A DNA stretch of 64,000 nucleotides from Anthoceros angustus. Taxonomy: Eukaryota > Plantae > Anthocerotophyta. The notes below the pieces were generated by a model. The model did not search any database. It saw only the letters and a list, made by a program, of their open reading frames with translations, and was not told where the DNA came from. Position 1 is the stretch's first letter. Each line of letters starts with the position of its first letter. Where the stretch lies: the NCBI GenBank assembly GCA_010909165.1, contig MU008197.1, forward strand, positions 124,001 to 188,000, written 5' to 3'. Position numbers and translations under genes: made by a program. Below are positions 49,576 to 62,605 of this stretch, piece after piece.

Positions 49576-52457
49576 CTAATGTTTTTCTGTCATAATGTAA
49601 AAAAATATAGTTGTGCCTCACTATAGAAACACAACAAATCCATGGAAATGTTGTTGAAAAAATGGTGCATGAATGTCCTCGTATAATGAGATATATGAAA
49701 GTATGAAACAATTCTATTATTGGATATTTGTGACAAAGAGCGAGTGTAGACGGCAAAGATATGTACGAATCAAAAGCGAACAGAAAGAAAAGGGCCTATA
49801 CTGTGAGCGTCCAAGGCTAAGGTAGAAAAGAGACCAAAAGAGAAAGAAGTCAATAATCCTATGCTTTTGCTTTGGGTGGTGTGGAGTCACTTTTGTAGGA
49901 TGGTTATCCCACATGGTGCAGATTAAATTTAGGGTTTAAACCCTACTGTCGTTATAGCTTTGAGATTCTTTCCCAAGGGAAACATACTTGAGCATGAATT
50001 GCTTCTAATACTAGTATCACACCGTACAGCAGTGGAAGAATAGAGTGACGCAGACGTACGAGGCTTCTTCCAGCCGTGTGGCCCGAGGAAGTGTTTGCAG
50101 CTAGCTGCTAGGGTTTTCAAGACTGTTAGGTTTCTTGAGAGCGGTTTGGTAAGAAGCTTAGCCCTCAAAAGAGCACTCACTGACTTGTGCTCGATGGTTG
50201 TTGTTTAGCCACTCATTTTTTTTGGTTTTCTACACATGTGAATATAGAGAATCTTCCGCTAAAACATATACATATGTATTAAATTTATTGTATTTGATAA
50301 ATATATATTTGGATATTGAATTCATTGTCATAATATAACACCCTCCTTAAGTTCTTACATAAGTTGTATACAATATGAAGCAGTGCATTATAAAAGTAGA
50401 GATGCGATAGCCCATCTTTGGTACCGTTGGGACAGCATCAGGGAGACCCAAAAATCACGGTAAAGTAAGTATATCATCCAAGAGATTAATTGTTTTAATT
50501 TAAGTCAAATTTCATACAAATTGAGCATACTAAAAGCATACTCACTCAAAACAAAGCTCGACTCAAATGAGTAAAATAACATAACCAGACTCACGGAGCA
50601 CTGGCCGGGCAGGAGCAACACGGTGCCCTTGCTACCAGGCAATGCAGGAGCAACCAAGCGAGAATGCTGCATTGCTGGTTGCTTACAATTTTCTGGTGTT
50701 GGCTTAGAGACATGTTTCTGGTGTTTGCACCGTCTCTATTACCTAGTAAACTGCGTGGACGAAGAGACGATGCTAAGTTCAAACAGGCCAAATAGCTTAG
50801 CCTGCTTGTGTGGTGGACACTGGAGAGCGGAGACTGTCCTGCCAACATATGTACGCGTAATGTGGCGACCCCGTCCATCCCCACCACGTCTGCGAGAGCG
50901 CCAGCTGCACCGATGCTCGCCTTGTACTTTGTGTGTGGAAAATTGATATCCGAATTCTGCCTCTTCAACAGCGGCACATCGTCACTAGCTATCTCTGACT
51001 TGCTCTCGCGAGCCGATCACCTTCAGTAGAATTAAGCTCCCAACTTATGTTACCCGTTTCGGACACCAAATATGTGAAGGATGCGTTCAATTTTGAAGCT
51101 TTGATGTCGAGTGAAAGCGGTGGATAAGCAAAGGCGCTGTCTACGTGAGTCAGGAGCCACTAACTTTGTGCTGGCCAACATCCCATCTCAAGCCTGTTCA
51201 CTATCCTTTCTTTCTTGCTCATGATTTTCACAGTCTCTGAAGGCTTCCAAAACTTATCGTGAAGTTGGCTGCCTAATTCTGGTGAAGCTCAGGAGCACTT
51301 GATAGTCTACTATGTCCACTGTAGGTTGCCGTGGCATCATGGGACTTAGAACCCTCGGAACCTGAACCTCGGCTTGCAAGCCTATGGGTCTCACACGACA
51401 GGCTACCCTAATGGACACCTACATACTTATGCTAGTCCTGAAGGACCAGCTGTACAGTGTCACATCTACAGCAGGTATTCCTTGCGCATGCCTTCTCCTG
51501 TCCCTGGCTATGTGATGAGCGCTTAGAACGAGAGTATTCACGCTTGCATCGTGTCATTACAGGTAACAGTAAGCATGCGCAGGACGGCAGTCCAAGCATA
51601 GTCCTGAGCCTCTAGAACATGCGAAACCTAATGTTGCAATGGAAGCGGGCAATAGAACGACCTACTCATCCTAATCAAGTCTTGACCAAGGCAACAAAAC
51701 CGCTGCCACAAGATACAAGTCTCATCACCGCCTAAAATATGATGTCTACTTGCTTAGGAAGATGGCAAAGCCCAAAGTTGCAACTCTCAGACTAGTTGTG
51801 AATCTTAGCAGTCCACAACTGTGCAATCTGTGCGAGAATTCCCTGCCTGGCAAGAACTTGTGAGGAAGTTTTATGGCCAGGGAAGACAGCATTTATGCTT
51901 AGTACTTGATCACTCTTCATCTTGAAAATGAATGACGAGTTCGGGGCCTCCATACCTCTCATTCAATGTTCACCATCTGGCAATTACTATCCGCCAGGGA
52001 GACGCCACAGCCGCGGACAGCTGCAAGAGCAGGGGGCGTGCTAGGTGTTTTTCAGGAGCATGCTGGCTAAAATCAGCTTTTGTGTGAGGTTGTGAACTGC
52101 CAGCACGCTCATCTCTTTCCTTTTGTTGCGCAGACTTTAACGTGAAGTAAAGGTGTCGTCAGCAGGCAACCCTGAGGTGGCGCCGGCGCATGCACCAGGC
52201 CACTTGGCGTCTGCTTGCAAAGATCAAAACCCGAACCCGTCGGAGAGGATGAACATCGCGGTCTCCATCCCGAGCTTTGCTGCGTTAAAGTTCACCGGAT
52301 CTTGAAGTGTGAACGCTGGCAATGCGCGGCAGGAGCAGCAGCAGGAGACTCGCTCTGTGACGAGGCGCTCCGCATCGGATTCCCGGAGAGGCGTTCCCGC
52401 CGTGCGTTTGTTGTAATCAGCTTTGTTCTATTGTTTGGTAGCGGCCGGCCGGACACC

Positions 52458-53683
52458 ATGGTGAAGCTTGCGTCTGTGAGGGAGAGCCGGCTGTATGGCC
52501 CTCCCAGCATGCGGGACATCGCGGAGGATGTGAATGCGTTTTTGTATCTTGTGGCAGCGGTTTTGTTGCTGGCAGGCACTGTCCTGCTCCTGCCCGGCCA
52601 CAACCACAGTGTCGGCCTCTGGCTCATTCTCATTTCTCTGGTCATCATTGTTCTGGTCAACCTGCACGACTTGTATGCTCAGCTGGCTGGTTTCGACTTC
52701 CGTCTACCTCTGGTGACGCTGGACCCGCAGCTGGCGCTTATTGAGGTGGCAGCGCCGCTGGTGCAGGCGATCGGTGCTATCGTCTTCTTCATCGGTGCCT
52801 TTCTGTTGCTCAGGGTACGATCTCGAGCACTTGGAAGCAATTCTCTGGAAGTCTTTGTTTCCGTAAAATTGGTGCACCGTTCCTCCAAACCTACCATTCG
52901 GATGGTAGGTTTTTTGAAGAGACCTATTGTCCAGTTGTGCTAACTCCTTGATGCAAAATGTAATGTGATGGCAACAGTCTGCTCAAGGAGCATACGCATA
53001 CGAGACTCGGCGCCAAGTGGAAGAACATGCCTATCGACTTCTGGTTGCAGGCCCGGCATTATGGCTGCTTGGTTCTATCCACAACGCATTCCAGGTGTAT
53101 GAAAAGACCAACACGCAGGTGCAGGCATGGCAGAAAGCTGTCAGCATCCCCTTTGTGATCGCCAGCACTCTGCTGCTCGTCAGCGGGATCTTGAATCTGC
53201 TGTATTGGCCCAGAACTTCGGTAAAGAAAATCACGGTACGTGTTCTTCTCCAGACCCTGTCTTAAGTGACGTTTGGCAACTGGTCCTGGTCTTTTGGTCT
53301 CCTGTCCAGAGTAATATGCTTGTGAATGATACTCTTATCTCTCCAACAGAGGTTCGTAATTTCCTGTAAAGGAGGTGCTTTGTCAAGCATTTGCGTTCTG
53401 ACTTGAGGTGTTCCCCCTTTTGCAGATCACAGCGATCTGGCTTGCGATAGCTGCGACAAGTTTAATTCTCCTGGCAGCAGTCCTCAACTGTGTGAGGATC
53501 TTCCTGCTCCAGCAGGTTGATCGTCAAGGTGGTCATCTGGAGAAGTTGAGGGGTGGTGCTCAGGAGCAACTTGAGCAGGAGAGGAGACATCGGGAGCCCT
53601 TCTTGGGAGCTAAGGGGAAAACACAGGCAGACGTTGAGAGTACCGAAGGACGCCATGGTCATACTACCAGCGTGTACTCGTAA
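52458..53683 (+). CDS. Conserved plant multi-pass membrane protein of unknown function (MVKLAS.RE.R.YGP family), 3 exons
   Basis: Several hydrophobic helices; VNLHDLYAQLAGFDFRL..DPQLALIE, GPALWLLGSIHN..QVYEK, LEKLRGGAQEQL; GT-AG introns. Confidence 0.85.
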
Positions 53684-54245
53684 GCTTGCAGCTAGCCACT
53701 GGTGTCAGCGTGGGATCTTACTATGAGCAGTGTACAACTAAACTTGACCTGAAACTACCTAGTACAAAATATAGCCTTCCGAGGCCGAACAACTTTCAGG
53801 TCCCTCTTATGGAATGGGCAGTTTCTGGGGAGGAGTACATAATGTAGCTCTCCAATGTACAAAGAGTGTGCTCGGAACACCAAGATATTAATATATTGAA
53901 CTGTTTCGCTTTACTGTTGTAGCTTGAATGAAGTTCTAATTCGCTGTTGAACGCTTCGTCTGAGACATAATAGGATGACTGGGTGGTATTTAAAGAGAGA
54001 CGCGTCGTTTCAAATTTTCAAAGGGACAGATACCTATAACAAGGGGTTGACGAGAACGAATGTTGGCGTAACCGGCGTACATCATCCGTGAATGGATGAT
54101 CTACAATCTCCAAACCCAGAGGAGAAGGAGCTGAAAGTTGAGGTCATAATCCTAGTGCGATATTTCAGACTGTTGGGGTGGTGTCATTCAGTTTTCGGCG
54201 ACAGTTTCCTTCAGGGCTTCGTGGAAAGGGATCGGTGATACAGGA

Positions 54246-54279
54246 CGCAGAATTGGACGGCATGCCGTCCAATTCTGCG
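54246..54279. repeat. Perfect 34-bp palindrome
   Basis: CGCAGAATTGGACGGCA|TGCCGTCCAATTCTGCG is its own reverse complement. Confidence 0.95.
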
Positions 54280-54460
54280 CTCGGGCTAATGTATCTGAAA
54301 ACCTAGATATGTATTTTCAAGCTCTGATATTAATTTTATTGTGATTGCGCGGCGCGGGCAGCCACCTTTTCTATTGAATAGGTTCTGTTCCGCCACCTTG
54401 AGACCATTTGCGTTCTCCGTGTTCTGACACTTGCCTCAGGATCTATCATCTCTTTCTTGC

Positions 54461-55686
54461 ATGATTTCAAGGCACGTATTTGGCGCATTTGGTGTGGGGA
54501 AGCTGTTGTGTACATCACCAACAGTTTCTTCCCCTTTCTTTTCCAGGAAGTTCTCAGCAGGCAAGATGGCCGAGAAGCTCAAGACAAAGGTGTGCATCGT
54601 GGGTTCGGGCCCGGCAGCACACACTGCAGCCATTTACGCTTCTCGGGCAGAGCTGCAGCCTATTCTTTTTGAAGGTTTTTTGGCAAATGGAATTGCGGCA
54701 GGGGGCCAGCTTACGACAACCACGGATGTAGAGAATTTCCCAGGATTTCCTGAAGGGATTATGGGTGGGGACTTGACTGACAAGTTTCGAGCACAGAGCG
54801 TACGATTTGGGACGCGCATTTTCTCTGAAACTGTGGAGAAGTTGGATCTGGCAAAGCGGCCGTTTCTTCTCTACACAGATGAGAAGGAAGTGGAGGCGGA
54901 CACTGTGATCATTGCAACAGGTGCGGTGGCGAGAAGACTTGACTTCAAAGGGTCGGGTGAGGTGAACGGTTATTGGAACAGGGGTATATCTGCTTGTGCA
55001 GTCTGTGACGGTGCAGCTCCTATATTCAGGAACAAGGATTTGGCTGTAATTGGTGGAGGCGATTCTGCCATGGAAGAAGCCACGTTCTTGACCAAGTATG
55101 GGTCTCATGTCTTCATCATCCACAGGCGGGATGAGTTCAGGGCCAGTAAGATCATGCAGAAACGGGCTTTGGAAAACCCTAAGATATCGGTCATCTGGAA
55201 CAGCGAGGTCGTGGAGGCGACCCCAAACGAGAGAGGCAGCCTTGGCGGATTGAAGGTCCAGAATGTGAAGACTAAGGAGATCACTGATCTGAAAGTTTCA
55301 GGGTTGTTTTTCGCTATTGGACATGAGCCAGCAACCAAGTTTTTGCAAGGGCAGCTAGCGGTTGATGCTGATGGCTATGTAGTCACCAAGCCTGGAACCA
55401 CACAGACAAGCATCCCTGGGGTGTTTGCTGCGGGAGATGTGCAAGACAAGAAGTGGAGGCAAGCCATCACAGCAGCAGGGACAGGTATGTGTTTGTCTGC
55501 CGTTGTGCCATGACTGTACCAGTCTTTCGTGCCTGTTTAGGTTTGCACTGTTGAGTCCGTGGAGCAACACCTGCTTGACATCAACGCCATGCGTTTGGGG
55601 TGATTCTGGTTACAGGTTGCATGGCGGCTTTGGAAGCGGAACATTTCTTGCAAGAGCATGGAGCTCAGGAAGGCAAATCAGATTGA
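54461..55686 (+). CDS. NTR: NADPH-dependent thioredoxin reductase (NTRA/NTRB type), 2 coding exons; second ATG at 54566
   Basis: [16 protein letters not shown] redox centre, [15 protein letters not shown]; last exon [18 protein letters not shown]; no fused Trx domain, so not NTRC. Confidence 0.95.
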
Positions 55687-56462
55687 CTGACTGAGTCACA
55701 GGGAAGGAAAGAACATTCTTTTCTTCAACTCTACAGGTCTCAGAAGCAGACTAATCATTTTAGTTATGTGGAAGCGCTCGCCTTATATGGCATGATTCAC
55801 GGATTTTTACCCAGCTTCTTGTAAGGGCATGGAGGATATGTTACTCACTCAAGGGCAGAAGGAATCTTTTTTTAACCCGGTGCGTGGGAAATTATGCTGT
55901 GTTTGGAGGCGCTCGTCAGTTTGGGTATAACTTCCCAATTCTTCATGCAAGGGGCAATCTTTTTCTCTTTTAGGAGGCGTTGCTTGAAGACATATAAATC
56001 TGCCCCTCTTACGAACTCTTACATCGCATTTCTTGAGCAGGTTCACTGCATTCTTTTCCTTTCCTTGGCATGGCTAAAATACACTAATCTGTGCTTTCAT
56101 TGTCCGGCTCCTTTGAGCTTGACAATCTGGTGAGGGAGTCTCTTTCCAAACTGTTGTCCCGTACACACGGCTACTTAGACCATGTAATACCACTGGTGTA
56201 ACTTCGCAGCGTGCTTCGTGACAGGGAATACTCGGGACCGTATTGCGTGCAAGACGACGCGGTGAGCTCCAAAAGACTCAGCAACAGATACCCACGGCAG
56301 TAAGAAATCCGACATACATGATATCACATTGTTTCCCCGCTGATTGAACGAACTCAGAACTCATTTGTTTTTAGGATGGAATCCCAGAGATATGGTGATC
56401 AATCGTCCCTACGACAACTCTGAAATCAGTCGGTATAATATTAATAAAATACAGGATTCTTT

Positions 56463-58492
56463 TCACATTTCCATGTTGTGTATGGCAGCAAACGTCTGTT
56501 GGACTGCTGCCGCCAGCTCTTGCACTGTCAACTTGCACTCGGCACCAATCTGCAGGCCCGAAACCACCAACTCAACTAAGGGTTCTTTGCAACAAGTATT
56601 TTGACAAGAGCACCATTTGAGAAGCCACTGAAAGAAAGCCAAGTCACAGGAAGACTCACCTTTACGTTGAAAGAGTACAGCACTGTGTGTTCAATTGTGG
56701 TGATGTTTGTGTGCGTGATAGCTAAATGAAGGCTCTCCAATGCAGCGATGGCCTTGATGAGCTGCCCAGGTCTTCGTTGGGACATTATCTTGACCAGAGC
56801 CTCCGATCCCACCATTTTGACCTCCACATCTGCCACCGCCGATTTAGATTCAGCCAAAGTTTCTCTCATAGGCTCCACGAAGTTCTCACTCGGGAATTTC
56901 AAGTCTCCTTGAGTTCTTGGATAGCCAGAGAAAGGGGCCGGCTGAAGAAGAGACGGTGCAGGCTCAACAGGCCTCGGAATCGGTTTTGGACTCAAAGTGT
57001 CTGCGTAGAACTTCCTGCGCTTCTGAGCCTGAAGGCACTGCAGAAGATGCTCCAACTCTTTAACAAACTCAATGGCGCCACCAATGATGGATGCTTGGTC
57101 GCCCTTCACATACAGAACATGAGCGATGTCTTCGTTAGATAAGGCATAACTGCAAGTTTCAGTCCTCATCACGCGCCTTCAGTTTTACACAAATCCACGC
57201 AGCAAGGCTGGAAAGTGGTCACACTTCCGCATGCAATGAAGTACAGGAGTATCGGGTTTCTGAGATCACTGAAGTACCTTGTGAACATAGGAACCGGGCA
57301 TAAGGGAACGCAGCACGCTCAGGTGTTCATTCATCTGTTTCCGTCGGTTTCGCTCCACTGCGATATGTGTCATACGCTGGCTTTCGACGTCCTCGATATT
57401 CTTGTTCGACTTCGTCCGCTTCCGTTTTGGTCTAGTTGATCCTCCTTCAGCTCCCGCAGTTGTGTTGCTACCTGCAGGCGTTTGATCTGCTGCGGAATTT
57501 GATTGCGAAGCACCACCAGAGGCCGGAGCAGAGCCGGAAGGGCTCAAGCCATCGTCCCCTTTGTCTGAGGGACCTTCTGTGTCTGTTGAAGGAGACTGGT
57601 TGGAAAGCTCTGGTTGCGCACTACCAGGTTGGCTGTTGCCAGCAGGCTCACCATTGTTCTCTCCTCCCGATAAGGCATCGTGACATACTTCCAGATACTC
57701 GGTATCCTCCTGAAGTGAGGATGACGAGATTCCCCTTGCAGTGTTGGGACAACTGACCATGGAAGGCAGCTGATGACAGGGGCTCGACGAGGAATTAGAA
57801 CGCTCCAAAGTAGCTCGATAAGAGAGCGGTTGTTGATCTTGGGGAACAGCACAAGTAGGTACTGGAGTGCAGTTTTCCTCAGCTGCAGCTGCTACATCAA
57901 GACAGAAAGAAGGTGGCGATTGCACACAAGACGGGGAAGTGGTTGAGCCTTCACAGTACTTGACGGGAGCAGGCAAGCTTGTCGGGAAAAAATCTGCCTG
58001 CGTGGAACGCTGAACAGCTCCGTATGCACCTGCATTGGGAAGGCGATCCATTGTCCCACCTGGAAATTTTGATAACTGAAAGGCATCCGGAGTAGCGAAA
58101 GCTCCGGACATCATGGAGCGGGGATGTTGGCCAGCTGTGAGAGTTGCAGGAATAGCAGTGTCCTCGAGCATATCACCGTACGTAAAACTTCTTGCGACAG
58201 GCAGAGCAAGTGGAGAAACGTTGCTGCCTTGGCACTCCTGCAGGCGCAGCATATCCGACACACTGAAGCGGTCATGAAGCGCCGGTAACGAGGTGAAGCT
58301 CGGTGCACTGGTGCAAGTGCTCGAGCCCGGAAAGGTTCCTAGCTGCGAGCTGAACATGTCAAACAGCATGGTCCCCATGAGCGAAGGGTCGGTTTCGCAC
58401 TCCAGCTGGCTCTCCGTCACTCGAGAGAAGTGGTCAGAAGGAGGTCGCGTCAGTTGCAACTCTGCTAGTTGGTAGTCCATTCCTGCGAGCAT
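56463..58492 (-). CDS. SMF: Group Ia bHLH transcription factor (SPCH/MUTE/FAMA-like) with C-terminal ACT-like domain; 3 coding exons
   Basis: [32 protein letters not shown]|[33 protein letters not shown]|IGAECKL. A splice acceptor just before the ATG suggests upstream exons. Confidence 0.92.
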
Positions 58493-59800
58493 CCCTGAAA
58501 CAAGCTGCCAGCAAGCACGCAGTTGGTGAGGAAGAAAGAAGGCAGCTGGTGTTCACGTTAATCCTATCTATACATACATCGGCAGACTAGACATTGTGCA
58601 GTAGCAGAGACCAATTTGTATTGTTTCTGGACGTTATCGGTGCTCGTCAAGCCTTTCCAACAAGCAGACCAGTCTGCAGCACGTATACTCATGAGCAAAG
58701 CCATGATGTCAAGTCCCAGGCTCTAGCCAGTGCGAATCCTGTACAATGCCAAGGGAAGGTTTTCGGGGCGTGGCAAGTCATCTACCTGAGCATGCTGTGT
58801 TGAATCAAGTATCTGCAAAGAAACATCGGAAGGAGGTCCATGGACTGACCAGGATCCCGCCTCGAGCTCCTCTCTCCATGCGCACGCGCATTCAGATAAA
58901 GGTCGGCGGCGTGCGACGGAGGGAAATTTGCAAGCAAACGGCTGCCTTCAGCGCTGTTTCCTTTGGAGCTGTGGTCCAAGCTTGGTGCAGCAGCTCCAGG
59001 ATGAAAGAACGGTCGGGCAGCCTCCAGTGGAACTCAAGGTGACAATCTTGCTACGGAGGTTCCGGAAGCCCTGTACGAAGGCGTTTTCACGCCAGCATGC
59101 CGGCCCTGTCGACCTCAGGCTGTGACACGACTCTGTGACAGATGTTGTCTAGAATCTTGATTCTATGGTGAAGGGAAGCAGATGGGAGACGGCAGGAAGA
59201 ATTGTCCCCGGGCTCTCCAGGGGAAAGAAACGCTGAAATCCCTACTCGGAAGACAGGGGGATGCACAGGGAAGGGGGAGGACGTGAGGTCGCCAATTCAC
59301 ACAGGTCAGTCCCGGTCGCGATTCCCACCCGTCCTCCAACAGCACAAAAACATGACGACAGCCCCGGCACAAGACAAGAGTGTGGAGCAAAGGCGCATCC
59401 GATCGCGCAACAAGAAGCAGCGCCAAAAACCGGCTGGGATGATGCAATGCGAGGCGAGGCAGAAGTAGACGGGCTCTTGGTCCAGCAGACGGGCCCGAGA
59501 GGCGCAGGCGCGCGGACAGCAGTGGCAGAGCAGAGCACGGCAGCGCACAGCCGCGGCAGACTCCACAGCTGCTGCCGTTGCAGGAAGGCAGGAAGGCAGG
59601 AGGAGGCAGAGGCAGAGGCAGAAGCGCGAGAGCGTGGCTGGAGGGCGCCGGGACGGAGACGTGACGCGCGTGCGGAGGAGATGAAACTGGAACACTGAAA
59701 CGGGAAACGGAGCGCGGGGAACGGGGAGACGGGGGAGACGGGGGAACCGGGGCAGGGGGTAGGAGAAACGGAGTCGACTCCCAGTCCCAGTGCCAGCGGC

Positions 59801-59806
59801 TTTATA
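59801..59806 (-). promoter_or_regulatory. Putative TATA box of the SMF gene
   Basis: TATAAA on the minus strand followed by a pyrimidine-rich leader-like tract. Confidence 0.4.
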
Positions 59807-60231
59807 CGCCAGCAGCCGTCCCGGTCTCGGCGTACCTAGGGTGCGGAAATCGGCTCACGACATACGCTCGGCCCACATAACTCAAATCCCCGTATCCCGG
59901 TTCCGGTTCCCGTTCCCGCTTTCCGCCGTGAGGCACGAAACCCCTGGGCAAGCCCCCCGGGATAATGCAATAATGCGCCGCGTAGGCACATGTATGTACA
60001 TGCCCGGTGGCCGGTGGCCGGAGGCCCGGAGGCCCGGAGGCCCGGAGACGAATACTCATACGGCCCCGTTTTGTTTCCGTTTCACCGTCACCTGTAGGTA
60101 AAACGGCAAGGGCGAATCTATCCGACCGTATGAAGCGTGAAAGCTCGGGGGTGATGATGACCCGAGGCCGTCAGAGACCGTCAGGCTGACAGGCTCATTA
60201 GCGGCAGTAATAACGCCGGTGTACCGCGACG

Positions 60232-61005
60232 CCCAGGGGCCAGGCCCAGGCCCAGGCCCAGGCCCAGGCAAGCTGTGATGCTGAAATGGGACCACGCCTG
60301 TCGCATACGCAAGGGATGACAGGCACCATCCCATCCCATCCCATCCCATCCCACTCGTATCCGTATCCGTATCCGTATGTAGCCGTGATTGGTGAAGCGG
60401 TCACGTCACGACGGGCGGTCCGGCCCGGTCATGTGTTCTCGCCGCGGCAGCATATGCCGGAGGCGGGAAAGTATTTGGGTCATGTCCATGTGCGAGCGTC
60501 AGGAGACGTGTGGTATGGCTTTCGTCTCCAGCCCCAGCCCCAGCCCGAGCCCGAGCCCGAGCCCGAGCCCCAGCCCCGTTGACATGTCTTGCTTTTTCGC
60601 TTTTGCGAAGCTTTACGAAAAGCATCGTATCCCAGGCTAGTAGGCCCGAATGAATGCATGAATACAACGAACGCCAAGTACATACGTATCTTTTTATCTT
60701 CAAGCGCTCGGGCCTGGGCCTGGGCCTGGGCCTGTGCAAAAGGCTGTGAAACAGGGGGTTGGGTTGGTGAGACTGGCAGGAGAAACTCAGACCCAGGGTC
60801 CCAGCTTTTGCAGCAACCCACCTGCGTGTTTTGCACGTATACATCGTCAACGCGCATTCAGAATTCAGCACCCATGGGGCATTCAGCATTCAGCACCCAT
60901 GGGGCATTCAGCATTCAGCATTCAGCATTCAGCACCCAGCATTCAGCATTCAGCATTCAACACCCAGCATTCAGCATTCAGCACCCAGAACCCAGAACCC
61001 AGCAT
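60232..61005. repeat. Cluster of 5-7 bp microsatellites: (GGCCCA)n, (CCATC)n, (GTATCC)n, (CAGCCC/GAGCCC)n, (GGCCTG)n, (CAGCATT/CAGCACC)n
   Basis: Tracts at ~60232-60268, 60326-60377, 60529-60577, 60710-60735 and 60855-61005. Confidence 0.9.
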
Positions 61006-62352
61006 CAGCTTCAGACGCTATGTTAAACTCGGGATGTTCCCGGTCCCGGGAAGGCGGGAAGGGGAATGGTGCGTGTCCAGTGGAGTGGGTTAATGGTAAC
61101 ACATGAGGCGGCGAGTCCATTTCCCGATCACGAGAGGAGTTGCGCTTGAGTAAAACAAGTCACACGATGAACAGGGAGCGTCTCAATCCCTCATGACACC
61201 TGGCAACCGCGTTAACGTTTTACCGGAAAGGGGTAACAGTTCACGGGCCGTCGCGGGCCCGGGGTGGGTAAATCTGGAATGTGGGTAAATCCGGGCTCAC
61301 GAGTCTCAGAGGACTTTGGAAGGCTCACGTGTACATTTGATGCATAGGCATTGACATAGCAGGCTGCAGCTGCAGCTACACCAACTTTGCATCCTTAGAT
61401 TTTGGCAACTTTGCAAGTCCACCTCGCTTTTTCTCTCTTTCACAACTTCTAGAACCAACAACCAACGGACCAACCAACGGCAGGGGGCAGGCGCAACGAG
61501 CCCCCCGTTGTCAACGGATTCCGTTCCCGTTCCCGTTCTCTTGTGTCGAGCCCGCTGCCCTCGCTGCTTGCCCAGTGACGAGCTTGCTTAAACTTATGCG
61601 CTCTATCGCTCTCTCATATACATACCTATGCACATACGTGCATACACGTACCATATACCACATGAGGCCATATGTACATCGTATACGTGTATTGTATGTT
61701 AAATACCTAGGTACGTACATACCCTGCAGGACATGTACGCGAATTAATGCAAAACTGGCAGCTTCGTGGGTGTGGGGATTCGCATATCTCCCTGCATTTG
61801 CATATGCGCGGGTTATTACATAGCTCCATCAGTAAGGCGTCCTGGCCGGCTGCACACTGCACAGACGGGACTTAAGGCTGCAAGGGCCTGTACCGGGGAA
61901 GCGGCCTGGATCGGGCCGATTGGGCAGGACCAAAGCGCCAAAGCAACCAAAGCACCAAAGCAGCACACTACAAGGCTGGCAAAGGCGCAGGAGCCCAGGG
62001 CAGGACAGGCGGCAGGCAGGCCACCTGATCGAAGCTGACTCCCATGAGCCTCACACACCGCGTACTGTACAAATTGTACATACACTGTATGTACATACTT
62101 CCGGCGTACACTGTTTGTACCGCTCCACAGACTTGGGTCCAGCGCACTCCAGCTGCGGGTTAAGGGAAGCCAGACGTGGTGCCGTGCGTTATCTGTTCCG
62201 TTCTGTTGAGAGGCAGGGGGCCGTTGCACCGTCGCCCTCGCACCCGAGGATCCCAGGATTCCGTCACGTCGCGTTTACTGCCGAGAACCAAGCTGTTGGC
62301 TTGCGGAAACGAACGTGATTGGGGGTTCCGGGATGTATGGGGAGACTAGCTT

Positions 62353-62420
62353 GTATGTATGTATGTATGTATGTATGTATGTGTGTATGTATGTATGTGT
62401 GTGTACGTGTGTACGTACGT
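62353..62420. repeat. (TATG)n microsatellite grading into TG/TACG
   Basis: Directly visible. Confidence 0.9.
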
Positions 62421-62605
62421 ACCCAAGCATGCGCGCATGACCATGTCCCGTGAGACCATGGCACCACGGGAGGCTTCCGGAACCCGGTACCCGGTAGCCG
62501 GAAGCCCACACTCATTACATACATGCTTCCATTTTCTGCGCGCCTTCTGGCCTAATTATCCTACCTACACCAGGGAGCCTACTCTACTTCCGACACAGAC
62601 AGAGA

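Noticed and set aside
50591-52200. Short ORFs between the AT-rich island and the membrane-protein gene
   Set aside because: No recognisable motif or consistent splice pattern.
6639-55686. Apparent cluster of organelle-targeted genes (TIM10, CRR3, BCAT, PPRs, UROD, OXA1, PETE, NTR)
   Set aside because: No shared pathway; such genes are common, and enrichment cannot be shown without genome-wide statistics.
59163-62524. Low-complexity ORFs (PEPEPE, AWAWAW, HSAFSIQ)
   Set aside because: Translations of microsatellites.
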